DNA of 64,000 bases from Bordetella parapertussis (GTDB lineage Bacteria > Pseudomonadota > Gammaproteobacteria > Burkholderiales > SG8-41), in NCBI GenBank assembly GCA_945864585.1, contig CAMBCF010000008.1, positions 5,689 to 69,688 of the forward strand, read 5' to 3'. Below, one piece after another: positions 1-9,153 of the stretch. Under the pieces are notes generated by a model. It saw only the letters and a program-made list of their open reading frames with translations. It ran no database searches and was not told the DNA's origin. Position numbers and translations under genes: made by a program. The first letter of the stretch is position 1; every line of letters starts with the position of its first letter.

Positions 1-147
1 TTGTGCGGGCACGTAATGCGTGGTGCGCGCCCCCATGCGCGCAGCCACGCGATCGGCGCCCATGCGGGCGGCGGCGTACGCCGGGTTGAGGCGGTTTTTG
101 GTGAAGATCGCGAGGGTGGGTGCGGCGCGATTTGTTGATGTGTTCAT
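1..147 (-). CDS. 5' part of a sugar ABC transporter substrate-binding-like protein (runs off window)
   Basis: Manual translation from ATG at 147: MNTSTNRAAPTLAIFTKNRLNPAYAAARMGADRVAARMGARTTHYVPAQ, resembles the N-terminus of ribose-type periplasmic binding proteins. Confidence 0.55.
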   Translation of the reverse strand, partial: MNTSTNRAAPTLAIFTKNRLNPAYAAARMGADRVAARMGARTTHYVPAQ

Positions 148-210
148 TGGTGTCCTGAAGGCATTGCGGTTTAGGTCCATCCGACCTATGAGTGGGCCAA
201 TACTACCCTC

Positions 211-435
211 GTCGTTCCAGCGCAAGCTGGAACCTAGTGTAGTGCTTCACTCTGTGCGGCACTTATGCAACGGCACGGCACCAGTGAAACTCCTCCCCTT
301 TCGAGGGGGGGGGCGTAGCGAGGGGGGTATCTGGGAGGGGGATGGGGTAATGGCGCGCGAATGCCACCCTATCCCCACCCTAGCCCTCCCCTTGAAGGGG
401 AGGGAATGTCTCATGAATTGCGAAGCAGTACACTA
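211..435. repeat. Cluster of REP-like palindromes, partly bounded by a 14-bp inverted repeat (MITE-like)
   Basis: GTTCCAGC-GCAA-GCTGGAAC hairpin at 214-233; CCCTCCCCTTGAAGGGGAGGG at 384-404 with a degenerate copy near 290-313; TAGTGTAGTGCTTC (235-248) vs GAAGCAGTACACTA (422-435), one mismatch. Confidence 0.65.
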
Positions 436-445
436 AGTTCAGTGT

Positions 446-1297
446 TCACCCCACAAAAAACCGCTCGCGCAGTTCGTCAAGCCCCAGCGTCTCCAGCAGC
501 GCTTGCAACCGCGCCGCCGCACGCACGCGCGGAAAATCCCTGAAACTCGCGATAATGAGTTCGTTCTTCAACGAGTGTTCCCAGCCCACCAGTTCGGTGA
601 CATTGACTTGATAGCCGTGCGCCTCCAGTTGCAGGCAGCGCAGCACATTGGTGATGTGGCTGCCGAATTCGCGTGTGTGCAGCGGATGCCGCCATGCCTC
701 AGTGAGCGGATGGGCGAGCGCCGCGCCCTTGTTCTTGCGTAGCACCGCCGCCACTTCGGCCTGACAGCACGGCGCCAGCACTATAAAGCGTGCTTGTTTT
801 TGCAGCGCGAAGCGTACCGCGTCATCGGTGGCGGTGTCGCAAGCGTGCAACGCGGTTACCAGATCAAATTGTTGTGGCAGTGGCGCCAAAACCATTGCAT
901 CCACCGCCGGCATGTGCAGAAACGTCATGCGCGTGAATTGCAGCTTTTGCGCCAGCGCAGTGGATTTTTCGATCAATTCACTGCGCACTTCGATGCCGTA
1001 AAGGCGGGAATCGTCAGCGCGGGTCTTGAAAAATAAATCGTAGAGTATGAAACCCAGATACGATTTCCCGGCGCCGATGTCGGCAACCTGCACGCTGTCG
1101 CGTGTCTGTATCACCTGCTCCAGCAATGGTTCGATGAACTGGACCAGGTGATAAACCTGTTTTAGCTTGCGCCGGCTGTCCTGATTCAATCTGCCGTCGC
1201 GCGTGAGGATGTGTAATTCCTTCAACAGCTCGACGGATTGCCCGGGACGGATTTCCGCGAGTGGGGTCGTGATGTTACGGGTTGCGGCGCGAGGCAT
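446..1297 (-). CDS. SAM-dependent methyltransferase
   Basis: DIGAGKSYLGF SAM-binding motif, ALHACDTATD and PCCQ motifs; start moved to ATG 1297 (MPRAAT). Confidence 0.85.
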   Translation of the reverse strand: MPRAATRNITTPLAEIRPGQSVELLKELHILTRDGRLNQDSRRKLKQVYHLVQFIEPLLEQVIQTRDSVQVADIGAGKSYLGFILYDLFFKTRADDSRLYGIEVRSELIEKSTALAQKLQFTRMTFLHMPAVDAMVLAPLPQQFDLVTALHACDTATDDAVRFALQKQARFIVLAPCCQAEVAAVLRKNKGAALAHPLTEAWRHPLHTREFGSHITNVLRCLQLEAHGYQVNVTELVGWEHSLKNELIIASFRDFPRVRAAARLQALLETLGLDELRERFFVG

Positions 1298-1502
1298 GGG
1301 TGTCAGCGGGTTGCGGGATGACGCCGAGTGTAGCCGAATGGTAGGTGGGTTAAGTGGTATTGGCACGGCTGCGTTTCGTGTTGCGCCGCAATGTAGTGTA
1401 CCGCCCCGGCAAAAGAACAGTAGCGTGCGCAAAATCGCAGACTGCCATGGATCGCAGCGCGCCTTTGGTGTTAGATTATCCTTGCTCGAGCGACGAGGCC
1501 AT

Positions 1503-2456
1503 ATGGTAAAAGTAAAATACGACGATCTTGAGTCAGCCTTTGAATTCGTGAATGCGGGCGCGCCGACGGAACACAACGCGTATGTCTCACGCGATACCGG
1601 GGGAATTTACTGGGTCTCCGACCTGGTGGACAACGAAGAGGAGCTGCCGGAGGATATAGAGAGCGCCGATCGTTACCTTAGTGTTCCGCACAAGAATGAC
1701 CTCGATCTTGGCCGTTATCTGGTGACGCGCTTTGTGCAGCAGGCGCTGCCGGAAAGTGAAGCGCAGGTCGAAAGCATTTTTCGCCGCCGCGGGGCTTACG
1801 GGCGATTCAAGGATTTGCTGGATGCCAAAGGACAGCTTGAAAACTGGTATCGCTTCGAACAGGCGGCGCAGAATGAAGCGTTACGCGAATGGTGTGTGAA
1901 AAACAACATCGAGCTTGTCGAAGCACCGCAAAGTCAACTCGTACCGGAAATACCCGTAAAGCCCAGGATCCGTCCGGTTGCTGCATCCGATGCCGCTGCC
2001 ATCTGCGCGATTTACAATCCCTATGTGCTTGAAACGGTCATTACGTTTGAGCAAGCGCCGGTTTCAGAAGCGGAGATGGCCAAGCGCATTGGCGAGTACG
2101 CGGCGCTGAACCCCTGGCTGGTTGCCGAAGCCGATGCCCAGGTGGTGGCCTACGCGTACGCGAAGCGCTGGCGCACGCGCGCGGCGTATGATCAAACGCT
2201 GGAAAGCACGATCTACGTTGCGAAGCATTACACGGGACGCGGCATTGCGAAGCCCTTGTATCTGGAATTATTGCGTGACCTTAAGGCGCGCGGCGTGCAT
2301 GCAGTGGTGGCCTGCATCGCATTACCCAACGATGCCAGCGTTGCGCTTCACGAAAAATGTGGCTTCGTGAAGGTCGCGCATTTTCCACAGGTGGGGCGGA
2401 AATTTGAGCGCTGGGTGGATGTGGGGTTCTGGCAGACCACGCTGGCGACGGTATAA
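1503..2456 (+). CDS. UPF0158-like domain fused to phosphinothricin-acetyltransferase-like GNAT domain
   Basis: N-half: YVSRDTGGIYW...FRRRGAYGRFKDLL...WYRF; C-half: AIYNPYVLETVITFE, ESTIYV, LPNDASVALHEKCGF, GRKFERWVDVGFWQ; single open frame. Confidence 0.75.
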   Translation: MVKVKYDDLESAFEFVNAGAPTEHNAYVSRDTGGIYWVSDLVDNEEELPEDIESADRYLSVPHKNDLDLGRYLVTRFVQQALPESEAQVESIFRRRGAYGRFKDLLDAKGQLENWYRFEQAAQNEALREWCVKNNIELVEAPQSQLVPEIPVKPRIRPVAASDAAAICAIYNPYVLETVITFEQAPVSEAEMAKRIGEYAALNPWLVAEADAQVVAYAYAKRWRTRAAYDQTLESTIYVAKHYTGRGIAKPLYLELLRDLKARGVHAVVACIALPNDASVALHEKCGFVKVAHFPQVGRKFERWVDVGFWQTTLATV

Positions 2457-2563
2457 GCTTTGGGGCGAGCGCAGCCAGGCGTCATCGTAGCCGCACCCGC
2501 GCAGAGCTCATAACTTATTGTTTTTAATGTATATTTTACAACAACCTTGGATTAAGGAACGTC

Positions 2564-2974
2564 ATGCCCACCGCACCCGTTGCTGGAAGCTGCCTGTGTG
2601 GCGGCGTTAAATTTGAAGTCACGCCACCGTTTTCGGCGTTTCGCTATTGTCATTGTTCACGTTGCCAAAAAGCCTCGGGCAGCGCGCATGCGGCAAACGC
2701 GTTTGTGCCTGCCGCGCAGTTGCAATGGCGCGCGGGTGAGGCACTGATCAAACGGTATGACCATGCCACGGCACAACGCTTTTCAGTGTGGTTCTGCACG
2801 CACTGCGGTTCTCGCGTGCCGCACCAAGTGCGTGGGCGTGACGATTATCTGATTCCCGCCGGGTTGCTCGATGCACCTCCATCGCAACGTCCGGAAAACG
2901 GCATATTCTGGGCGTCGCGTGCGAAGTGGTATGTGCCACCGGGCGAGATGCCGTGCTTCAATGAGTATACATAG
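2564..2974 (+). CDS. GFA/CENP-V family Zn-binding protein
   Basis: GSCLCG, CHCSRCQK and FCTHCGS motifs; RBS AAGGA. Confidence 0.9.
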   Translation: MPTAPVAGSCLCGGVKFEVTPPFSAFRYCHCSRCQKASGSAHAANAFVPAAQLQWRAGEALIKRYDHATAQRFSVWFCTHCGSRVPHQVRGRDDYLIPAGLLDAPPSQRPENGIFWASRAKWYVPPGEMPCFNEYT

Positions 2975-2983
2975 ACCCGCGCC

Positions 2984-3328
2984 ATGATCGCCGTCATTTT
3001 TGAGGTAGAGCCCGCCTCGGGCAGAGCCGGCGACTATTTTGCGATTGCGACATCGCTCAAGGCAGACATCGAAAAATTCGACGGCTTCGTCTCCATCGAG
3101 CGCTTTGAAAGCGTGACCCAACCCGGCAGATTCGTGTCGCTATCATTCTGGCGCGACGAAGCCGCCGTTGCCGCATGGCGCAATGTGGAAACACACCGCC
3201 TCGCGCAAGCCAAAGGCCGCAGCGGTATATTTGCGGACTACCGTATCCGCGTCGCCAGCGTGATGCGCGACTACAGCATGACAGCGCGCGACGAAGCGCC
3301 CACCGACAGCCGCAGTGTGCACAAGTGA
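2984..3328 (+). CDS. Antibiotic biosynthesis monooxygenase (ABM) family protein
   Basis: MIAVIFEV, GFVSIERFES, SLSFWRDEAAV, HRLAQAKGR. Confidence 0.85.
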   Translation: MIAVIFEVEPASGRAGDYFAIATSLKADIEKFDGFVSIERFESVTQPGRFVSLSFWRDEAAVAAWRNVETHRLAQAKGRSGIFADYRIRVASVMRDYSMTARDEAPTDSRSVHK

Positions 3329-3425
3329 GCACACCACCAGGAGCACGGTTGACGTTTTTCCCGCGCGCGCTGCGCCTCTAACATGCGCTTCCCGGTCTTC
3401 GTCGCGGCAATCCCATAGGGCTGAC

Positions 3426-4133
3426 ATGAATACAAGCTATGTTTTTCGCGCCCTTGCGCTGGCGCTGTTGCTCGCGGCGGGCTACGCGCAATTCGCGGCC
3501 GCGCAACCTGCGCCCGCAGGCGCTGATCCGCGTATTAACGAACGCTTCAATGATCCCAATCCCGGTGAATGGGTGCCGCGTTTCGAGGGAGAAAGCCGCG
3601 AAATTTATGTGCTCCGCAATGAAATTGTCGGCGCTTCTGGTGCAAACACGGGCATGACCGTCGCCGACGTGGGCGCAGGCAGCGGCTTCATGGCGATGCT
3701 GTTCGCACAACAGGTGGGCGCCGCAGGCCGCGTGATCGCGGCAGAAATATCCAGACCCTTTGCCGCCGCTATCGCGCAGCGCGCAAAAAACGAGGGCGTG
3801 CAAAATCTCAGTACTGTGGTTGGCACGCAACCCGACACCGGCTTGCCCGCCGGCAGCGTGGACATTGTGTTCACCAGCGACGTCTATCATCACTTCGAGC
3901 AAGTGGCCGCCACGCTCGCATCGATCCGGCGCGCGCTCGAGAGCGGCGGACGCTTTATCGTGGTCGATTTCGAGCGCATCCCCGGCGTATCGCCACAGAG
4001 CAGGCTCGACCATGTGCGCGCCGGCAAGGAACCGGTAATCGAAGAAGTGCTTGGCGCGGGCTTTCGCCTGCGCGAAGAGGTCAAAACGCTGGGTTTGAAG
4101 ACAAATTATTATTTGATATTTGAGCGCCTGTAG
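3426..4133 (+). CDS. Class I SAM-dependent methyltransferase with N-terminal signal peptide
   Basis: VADVGAGSG motif, DVYHH; hydrophobic leader ending AAA-Q. Confidence 0.8.
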   Translation: MNTSYVFRALALALLLAAGYAQFAAAQPAPAGADPRINERFNDPNPGEWVPRFEGESREIYVLRNEIVGASGANTGMTVADVGAGSGFMAMLFAQQVGAAGRVIAAEISRPFAAAIAQRAKNEGVQNLSTVVGTQPDTGLPAGSVDIVFTSDVYHHFEQVAATLASIRRALESGGRFIVVDFERIPGVSPQSRLDHVRAGKEPVIEEVLGAGFRLREEVKTLGLKTNYYLIFERL

Positions 4134-4188
4134 CCATCGCCGGGCTGCAGCTAACGCCGGTGTTTTCTAAACGAAAAAGAGTATCCCC

Positions 4189-4995
4189 ATGCCTTCCTTA
4201 CAGGTAACGCCCGATCTGCATATGTATTACGAAGTGACCGATTTCGCCGAGCCATGGCGCGAGCACGAAACCATTTTGCTGTTGCACGGCAACGCCGAAT
4301 GCGGCGAAGCGTGGTATGGCTGGATGCCGGAACTGGCGCGCGATTATCGCGTGGTGCACCCCGACATGCGTGGCTTCGGGCACTCGACGCCGATGGCGCG
4401 CGATTATGCGTGGTCGCTCGATCGCATTGTTGATGATTTCATCGCGGTGATAGATGAACTGAAAATCGACACCTTTTATCTGGTCGGTGCGAAGGTCGGC
4501 GGCACCATGGCGCTGCATCTGGCGGCGCGCCACCCCAAGCGGGTCAAAACCGTGAGCGTGCTGTCCTCGCCCACGCGCGGCGAGGACGCGGGCGACCGTT
4601 ACCGTGCGTGGGTCGATGTGATCGAGAAAACCGGCGTTGAAGGCTGGGCGCGCGAGACGATGGCGAAGCGTTTAGGCAGCCAGTTCCCTGCGGCCGGCAT
4701 CGAGTGGTGGATCAAACTCATGGGACGCACCGCTGTTTCGACGCAACTCGGCTTTATCGGCGCCGTGCCCAAGGTCGATATCATGCAAGACCTGCTCGAC
4801 ATCCGCTGCCCCGCGCAAGTGATTACCACGCAGGACAATCCGCTGTATCCGGTGGAGATGGTGCGCGCGTGGCAGGAAAAGATTGCGCGCTCCGAATTGC
4901 TGGTGCTGCCCGGTGATTCGTATCACATCGCAGCCACCGCGCCGGTCGCGTGCGCGAAGGCGGTGCTAGATTTTATTCGGCGGCATCCAGACTGA
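4189..4995 (+). CDS. Alpha/beta hydrolase fold protein
   Basis: LLLHGN, DMRGFGHS; nucleophile-elbow region reads GAKVGG (no Ser). Confidence 0.85.
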   Translation: MPSLQVTPDLHMYYEVTDFAEPWREHETILLLHGNAECGEAWYGWMPELARDYRVVHPDMRGFGHSTPMARDYAWSLDRIVDDFIAVIDELKIDTFYLVGAKVGGTMALHLAARHPKRVKTVSVLSSPTRGEDAGDRYRAWVDVIEKTGVEGWARETMAKRLGSQFPAAGIEWWIKLMGRTAVSTQLGFIGAVPKVDIMQDLLDIRCPAQVITTQDNPLYPVEMVRAWQEKIARSELLVLPGDSYHIAATAPVACAKAVLDFIRRHPD

Positions 4996-5040
4996 ATGAG
5001 GCAAGCGAGCACGCGTGCCCATCCCTCATGCGTCCGCTAA

Positions 5041-5607
5041 TTATTTGAACGCAGCGCCGAATGAATCGCGAAACGTAAACTCGCCTATCGCCTTGCGGGT
5101 GCGCACCTTCAAATCCTTGGCGCGCACTTCTTCGATCAAATCTTCGACACGCCCGCGATAGCCCGCCGCCACCAGCGCCACCGGTTTGGCGGTGGCCGGA
5201 ATGGCGAAACCTTTGCAGATTTTGTCGTAGTCCCAGCCTGCCATGGCGTGGATGGTGAGGCCCATGGCGTAGCCCTGCACCAGCATGTTTTCCATGGCGA
5301 AGCCGATGTCGAGCAAATAATTTTGCACGCCGTTTTTCTCGGGCTGCTCTTCGGGCACACCGATGATCACCATCTTCAGCGGCGCCACCGGCGCCCATTG
5401 CTTGTTGCCCGCCGATAACGCGTCGTCAAAAATGCGCGAGGCGTCCGCGCTGGATACGATCAGCACGCGCCACGGCTGCCGGTTGTTGGACGACGGCGCC
5501 CAGCGAAATGCGTCGAGCAGCGCTTCGACGGTCTCCGTTTCGAGCGGCTTGTTGGCGAAGTGACGGTCACTGCGACGATCACGAATGACATCGATTAGTT
5601 TGCTCAT
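5041..5607 (-). CDS. Nitroreductase family protein
   Basis: RRSDRHF, WAPSSNNRQPWR. Confidence 0.9.
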   Translation of the reverse strand: MSKLIDVIRDRRSDRHFANKPLETETVEALLDAFRWAPSSNNRQPWRVLIVSSADASRIFDDALSAGNKQWAPVAPLKMVIIGVPEEQPEKNGVQNYLLDIGFAMENMLVQGYAMGLTIHAMAGWDYDKICKGFAIPATAKPVALVAAGYRGRVEDLIEEVRAKDLKVRTRKAIGEFTFRDSFGAAFK

Positions 5608-5774
5608 GGCATTTCTTTCAAGTCTGGTAGGGTTTGGGCGGGTTGCAATAAACCGTGGGAAAAGTCACAGTCACGCGCATTCTGAAGGCTTTCGCCGCGT
5701 TGTCAATCAAAGCAGGGCCAGTGGAACTTCATGAATTTTGCATCAGATATGAGGTAATTCACAGCACAAAAATC

Positions 5775-5870
5775 GCGCAGCTGGGAAACTTCAATTGCGC
5801 AACCGTCCCCCACTCCTCCTCCTTGTGGGTTGCGTTTACCGCGCCGGGTTTCCCGGCGCGGTTTTTCTTT
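5775..5870 (+). ncRNA. Candidate small RNA with CU-rich loop and intrinsic terminator
   Basis: Hairpin CCCAC-[TCCTCCTCCTT]-GTGGG followed by ACCGCGCCGG-GTTTC-CCGGCGCGGT-TTTTCTTT; no + strand gene upstream. Confidence 0.55.
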
Positions 5871-5896
5871 GGGTTGCTGACTGGCGCACAGCGAGA

Positions 5897-6175
5897 TTAC
5901 ATAAATAGCAACAAGTCAGGAATGTCCTTGCGGCGTTTTTCTGTTGCCGATTGCTGCCGCAGCAGGTCGGGCCAGCCGAGTTCGGCCAGAACCTTGACAA
6001 TAAGTTCGTTTTCGGTATCCGCCTCGTTTAGGCGCGTGCCGGCCTTGATCGGCGCCAAAATCGCTTTGAGATTGCCGATGAACGCAGCCACCGATGCATC
6101 ATCAAGCTGTTTCCAAACGGGCGTTTCCTTGATGCCTTCCGCGCGGAAATCGGTTGTGAATAGCTGTCCTTGCAC
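5897..6175 (-). pseudogene. N-terminal fragment of a type IIG-like restriction-modification enzyme
   Basis: LFTTDF..EGIKETPVW, NEADTENELIVKVLAELGW, IPDLLLF then stop; 92 aa. Confidence 0.55.
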
Positions 6176-6223
6176 CGGGCGTTGTTATAGTTTTATCAAA
6201 GCCCGCATCATCGCAGATTTTTG

Positions 6224-6901
6224 TTATTTCAGCGCGCCGAAAACTTTCCTGACGATATCGCTGGTCGCGCCGAGCGGGTTGGCGCGAAACGCTTTTTCCT
6301 GTTCGCCGATCATCAAGTACAGGCCATCGAGCAACTTTTGTGTGACATAGCCTTCGATGGTGGACTGATCTTTATTGACCAGGCCATAGGTCGCGGCTTG
6401 TGCGGCGAGCCCGTTGTATTGTTGCGCGAGACCCACGCGATCGGTGGCCTGTTTGACGATGGGCAAAAAGCGCTGCGTGAGTCGCGTGCTGGTAGTGCGC
6501 TTGAAGTAATCGGTGACTGAAGTCTGGCCGCCGGCGAGTATGCCTTTGGCGTCCTGCAAAGTCATACGCTTTGCGGCATCCACCAGCAGTTGTTTGGCTT
6601 CGGGCACCGCGGCTTCGGCCGCGCGATTCATCGAAAGCACCAGTTCGTCGGCCTGTTTTTTCATGCCGAAAGTTCTCATCGCGCCTTCGAAGCGAGCCAG
6701 CGCCGGCGGCATCGGGATTTTCACCTGCGGGTTGTTGAAAAAGCCGTTTTCAATGCCGAGCTTGGCGACCGCAGCCGCTGAGCCGTCGGTCAGCGCTTGC
6801 CGCAGGCCGCTGGCAGCGTCCGTATTGCTGATGCCTGCAAGTTGTGCGTACGCCATGGCGCTAATGACAGACAATGCAAAAATACTCAGAATGCGCAGCA
6901 T
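6224..6901 (-). CDS. DUF4197 family exported protein
   Basis: Signal peptide, GLRQAL, VKIPMP, MNRAAEAAVP, GLYLMIGEQEKAFRANP. Confidence 0.85.
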   Translation of the reverse strand: MLRILSIFALSVISAMAYAQLAGISNTDAASGLRQALTDGSAAAVAKLGIENGFFNNPQVKIPMPPALARFEGAMRTFGMKKQADELVLSMNRAAEAAVPEAKQLLVDAAKRMTLQDAKGILAGGQTSVTDYFKRTTSTRLTQRFLPIVKQATDRVGLAQQYNGLAAQAATYGLVNKDQSTIEGYVTQKLLDGLYLMIGEQEKAFRANPLGATSDIVRKVFGALK

Positions 6902-6933
6902 GATCTTTCCTTCAAAGTTTAACCCCTAAGCCT

Positions 6934-7434
6934 ATGGGCACGTTTCGCTATCCTATGCTGTGCGTGGCAGCCGTGGCAATAGGCTCAAGCGTGTACGCAA
7001 TGGTTTTTCATAAAACGCCGGCCCCGGATGCGGCGTTTGCCTCGATCAAAGGTGAAACAGTCACCCTCAGCGAACTGCGCGGCAAAGTGGTGCTGGTGAA
7101 TTTTTGGGCTACCGACTGCGCGGTGTGCGTTAAAGAAATGTCTGCCATCACCGCCACCTACGAAAAATTTCGCGCACGTGGCTTCGAGATAATTGCGGTG
7201 GCGATGCGCCACGATCCGCCGAATTACGTGCTGGCGTATGCCAAAAAAAACGCGCTGCCGTTCAAAGTGGTGTTCGATCCGGTGGGCGCGCACGCCAAAG
7301 CGTTTGGCGATGTAAAGCTCACGCCGACGATGTTTGTTGTCGACAAGCGGGGCAACATTGTCAGCCGTATTCAGGGTGAGCCGGATTTTGAGAAGCTGCG
7401 ACAGCTCGTGGAGAAGTTGCTTGAAGCGACGTGA
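6934..7434 (+). CDS. TlpA-family thiol-disulfide oxidoreductase
   Basis: GKVVLVNFWATDCAVC (CxxC) and TPTMFVVD. Confidence 0.85.
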   Translation: MGTFRYPMLCVAAVAIGSSVYAMVFHKTPAPDAAFASIKGETVTLSELRGKVVLVNFWATDCAVCVKEMSAITATYEKFRARGFEIIAVAMRHDPPNYVLAYAKKNALPFKVVFDPVGAHAKAFGDVKLTPTMFVVDKRGNIVSRIQGEPDFEKLRQLVEKLLEAT

Positions 7435-7520
7435 ACAGCGAATAGTGAGTAGTGAACCGCGTGAGATGTCCGCGCGTGCGCCTTGCTGTTACTGTTAACG
7501 AATTACTGTTTACTATTTAC
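7431..7520. repeat. Inverted pair of degenerate heptamer tandem arrays between convergent genes
   Basis: GTGAACA GCGAATA GTGAGTA GTGAACC ... TGTTACT GTTAACG AATTACT GTTTACT ATTTAC. Confidence 0.65.
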
Positions 7521-8451
7521 CGAGAATTTCGTGCGCCTGCTGATCGGCGTGATAGCTTGAGCGCACCAGAGGTCCGCTCGCCGCGTGCATGAATCCCATC
7601 GCGGCGGCTTTTGCCGCATAGCTGTCGAAAACCGCCGGCTCAACATAACGCAGCACCGGCAGATGATGCGCGCTCGGTTGCAGGTATTGGCCGATGGTGA
7701 GCATATCGACAGCGTGCGCGCGCAGGTCGCGCATGGTGTCGAGAATCTCGTCGTCAGTCTCGCCGAGGCCCACCATGAGGCCGGATTTCGCTGGAATGTT
7801 CGGAAAACGCGCCTTGAATTTTTTCAATAAAATCAATGAGTTGCAATAATCCGCACCAGGCCGCGCCTGCTTGTAGAGGCGCGGCACGGTTTCAAGATTA
7901 TGGTTCATTACATCGGGCGGGCACTCGGCAAGTATGTCGAGCGCCAAGTCAAGCCGGCCGCGAAAATCCGGCACCAGAACTTCAATGCGCGTTTGCGGCG
8001 AACGCGCGCGCACTTCACGTATGCATGCCCTGAAATGCGCGGCACCGCCGTCGCGCAAATCGTCGCGATCCACACTGGTGATTACCACGTATTTGAGTTT
8101 CAGCGCGGCAATGGTGTCGGCCAGATGCACCGGCTCTTCAGCGTCGGGCGGCAGCGGCTTGCCGTGGCCTACGTCGCAGAACGGGCAACGGCGCGTACAC
8201 AAATCACCGAGAATCATGAAGGTCGCCGTGCCCTTGCCGAAGCATTCGCCGATGTTGGGGCAACTCGCTTCCTCGCACACGGTATGCAGTTTTTTGCTGC
8301 GCAAGATGTGCTTGATCTCGCGAAAACGCGGGCTGTCGGTGAGCCGCACGCGAATCCAGTCGGGCTTTTTCAAGGGGGCTGCGGGCACGATCTTGATCGG
8401 GATGCGCGCGGTTTTGGCCTGGCCTTTTTGTTTTTCGCCGATGAGGCTCAT
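7513..8451 (-). CDS. lipA: Lipoyl synthase
   Basis: [12 protein letters not shown] and CTRRCPFC motifs, VRSSYHA. Confidence 0.97.
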   Translation of the reverse strand: MSLIGEKQKGQAKTARIPIKIVPAAPLKKPDWIRVRLTDSPRFREIKHILRSKKLHTVCEEASCPNIGECFGKGTATFMILGDLCTRRCPFCDVGHGKPLPPDAEEPVHLADTIAALKLKYVVITSVDRDDLRDGGAAHFRACIREVRARSPQTRIEVLVPDFRGRLDLALDILAECPPDVMNHNLETVPRLYKQARPGADYCNSLILLKKFKARFPNIPAKSGLMVGLGETDDEILDTMRDLRAHAVDMLTIGQYLQPSAHHLPVLRYVEPAVFDSYAAKAAAMGFMHAASGPLVRSSYHADQQAHEILGK

Positions 8452-9098
8452 GACAACACGCGCAGTAAATGTAGGGTGAGCTTTGCGCTCACGCTTTCAA
8501 GCGAGTCGCGCACGCCCCAATCGCACATTTCGCGCATTTGCGTGACCGCCAGCCCTGCATATCCGCACGGGTTGATGGCCAGAAAAGGGGAGATATCCAT
8601 ATCGATGTTGAGTGCGAGTCCGTGGTAACAGCAGCCGTTCCTGATGCGCAGACCGAGCGCGGCGATCTTGGCCTCATTGCCGTCACGCGTAACATACACA
8701 CCCGGCGCATCCGCGCGGTGGCGGGCCGCAACGCCGTACTCTGAAAGCAAGTCTATCACGGCAGATTCCAGCTTACGCACCAGTGTGCGCACGCCCAAGT
8801 TGCGCCGCTTCATGTCGAGCAACACGTAAGCCACCAATTGTCCGGGGCCGTGATAGGTGATTTGCCCGCCGCGATCGATTTTCACCAGTGGAATGCCGGT
8901 ATCTGCGCGCAGCAGGTGTTGCGGTTTGCCGGCAAGTCCCAGGGTGTACACGGGCGCATGCTGCAACAGCCAGATTTCGTCGGGCGTGGTGGCGTCGCGC
9001 GCGGCACTGAAGGTCTGCATGGCGCGCCACGCGGGCAAATAGTCGACCAGTCCCTGGTTGCGGACAGCCGGTGAAAAATGCGCGCTCGGGGAATTCAT
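8448..9098 (-). CDS. lipB: Lipoyl(octanoyl) transferase
   Basis: [28 protein letters not shown]; overlaps lipA start. Confidence 0.96.
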   Translation of the reverse strand: MNSPSAHFSPAVRNQGLVDYLPAWRAMQTFSAARDATTPDEIWLLQHAPVYTLGLAGKPQHLLRADTGIPLVKIDRGGQITYHGPGQLVAYVLLDMKRRNLGVRTLVRKLESAVIDLLSEYGVAARHRADAPGVYVTRDGNEAKIAALGLRIRNGCCYHGLALNIDMDISPFLAINPCGYAGLAVTQMREMCDWGVRDSLESVSAKLTLHLLRVLS

Positions 9099-9153
9099 GG
9101 CAGTGAAAGTTGTCCTCTATGATGAACGGTAGCACAATGCCGTCTTTCCATGC

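Noticed and set aside
20-436. 138-aa ORF at the window start
   Set aside because: Antisense to the binding-protein gene and runs through REP palindromes; translation is repeat-derived
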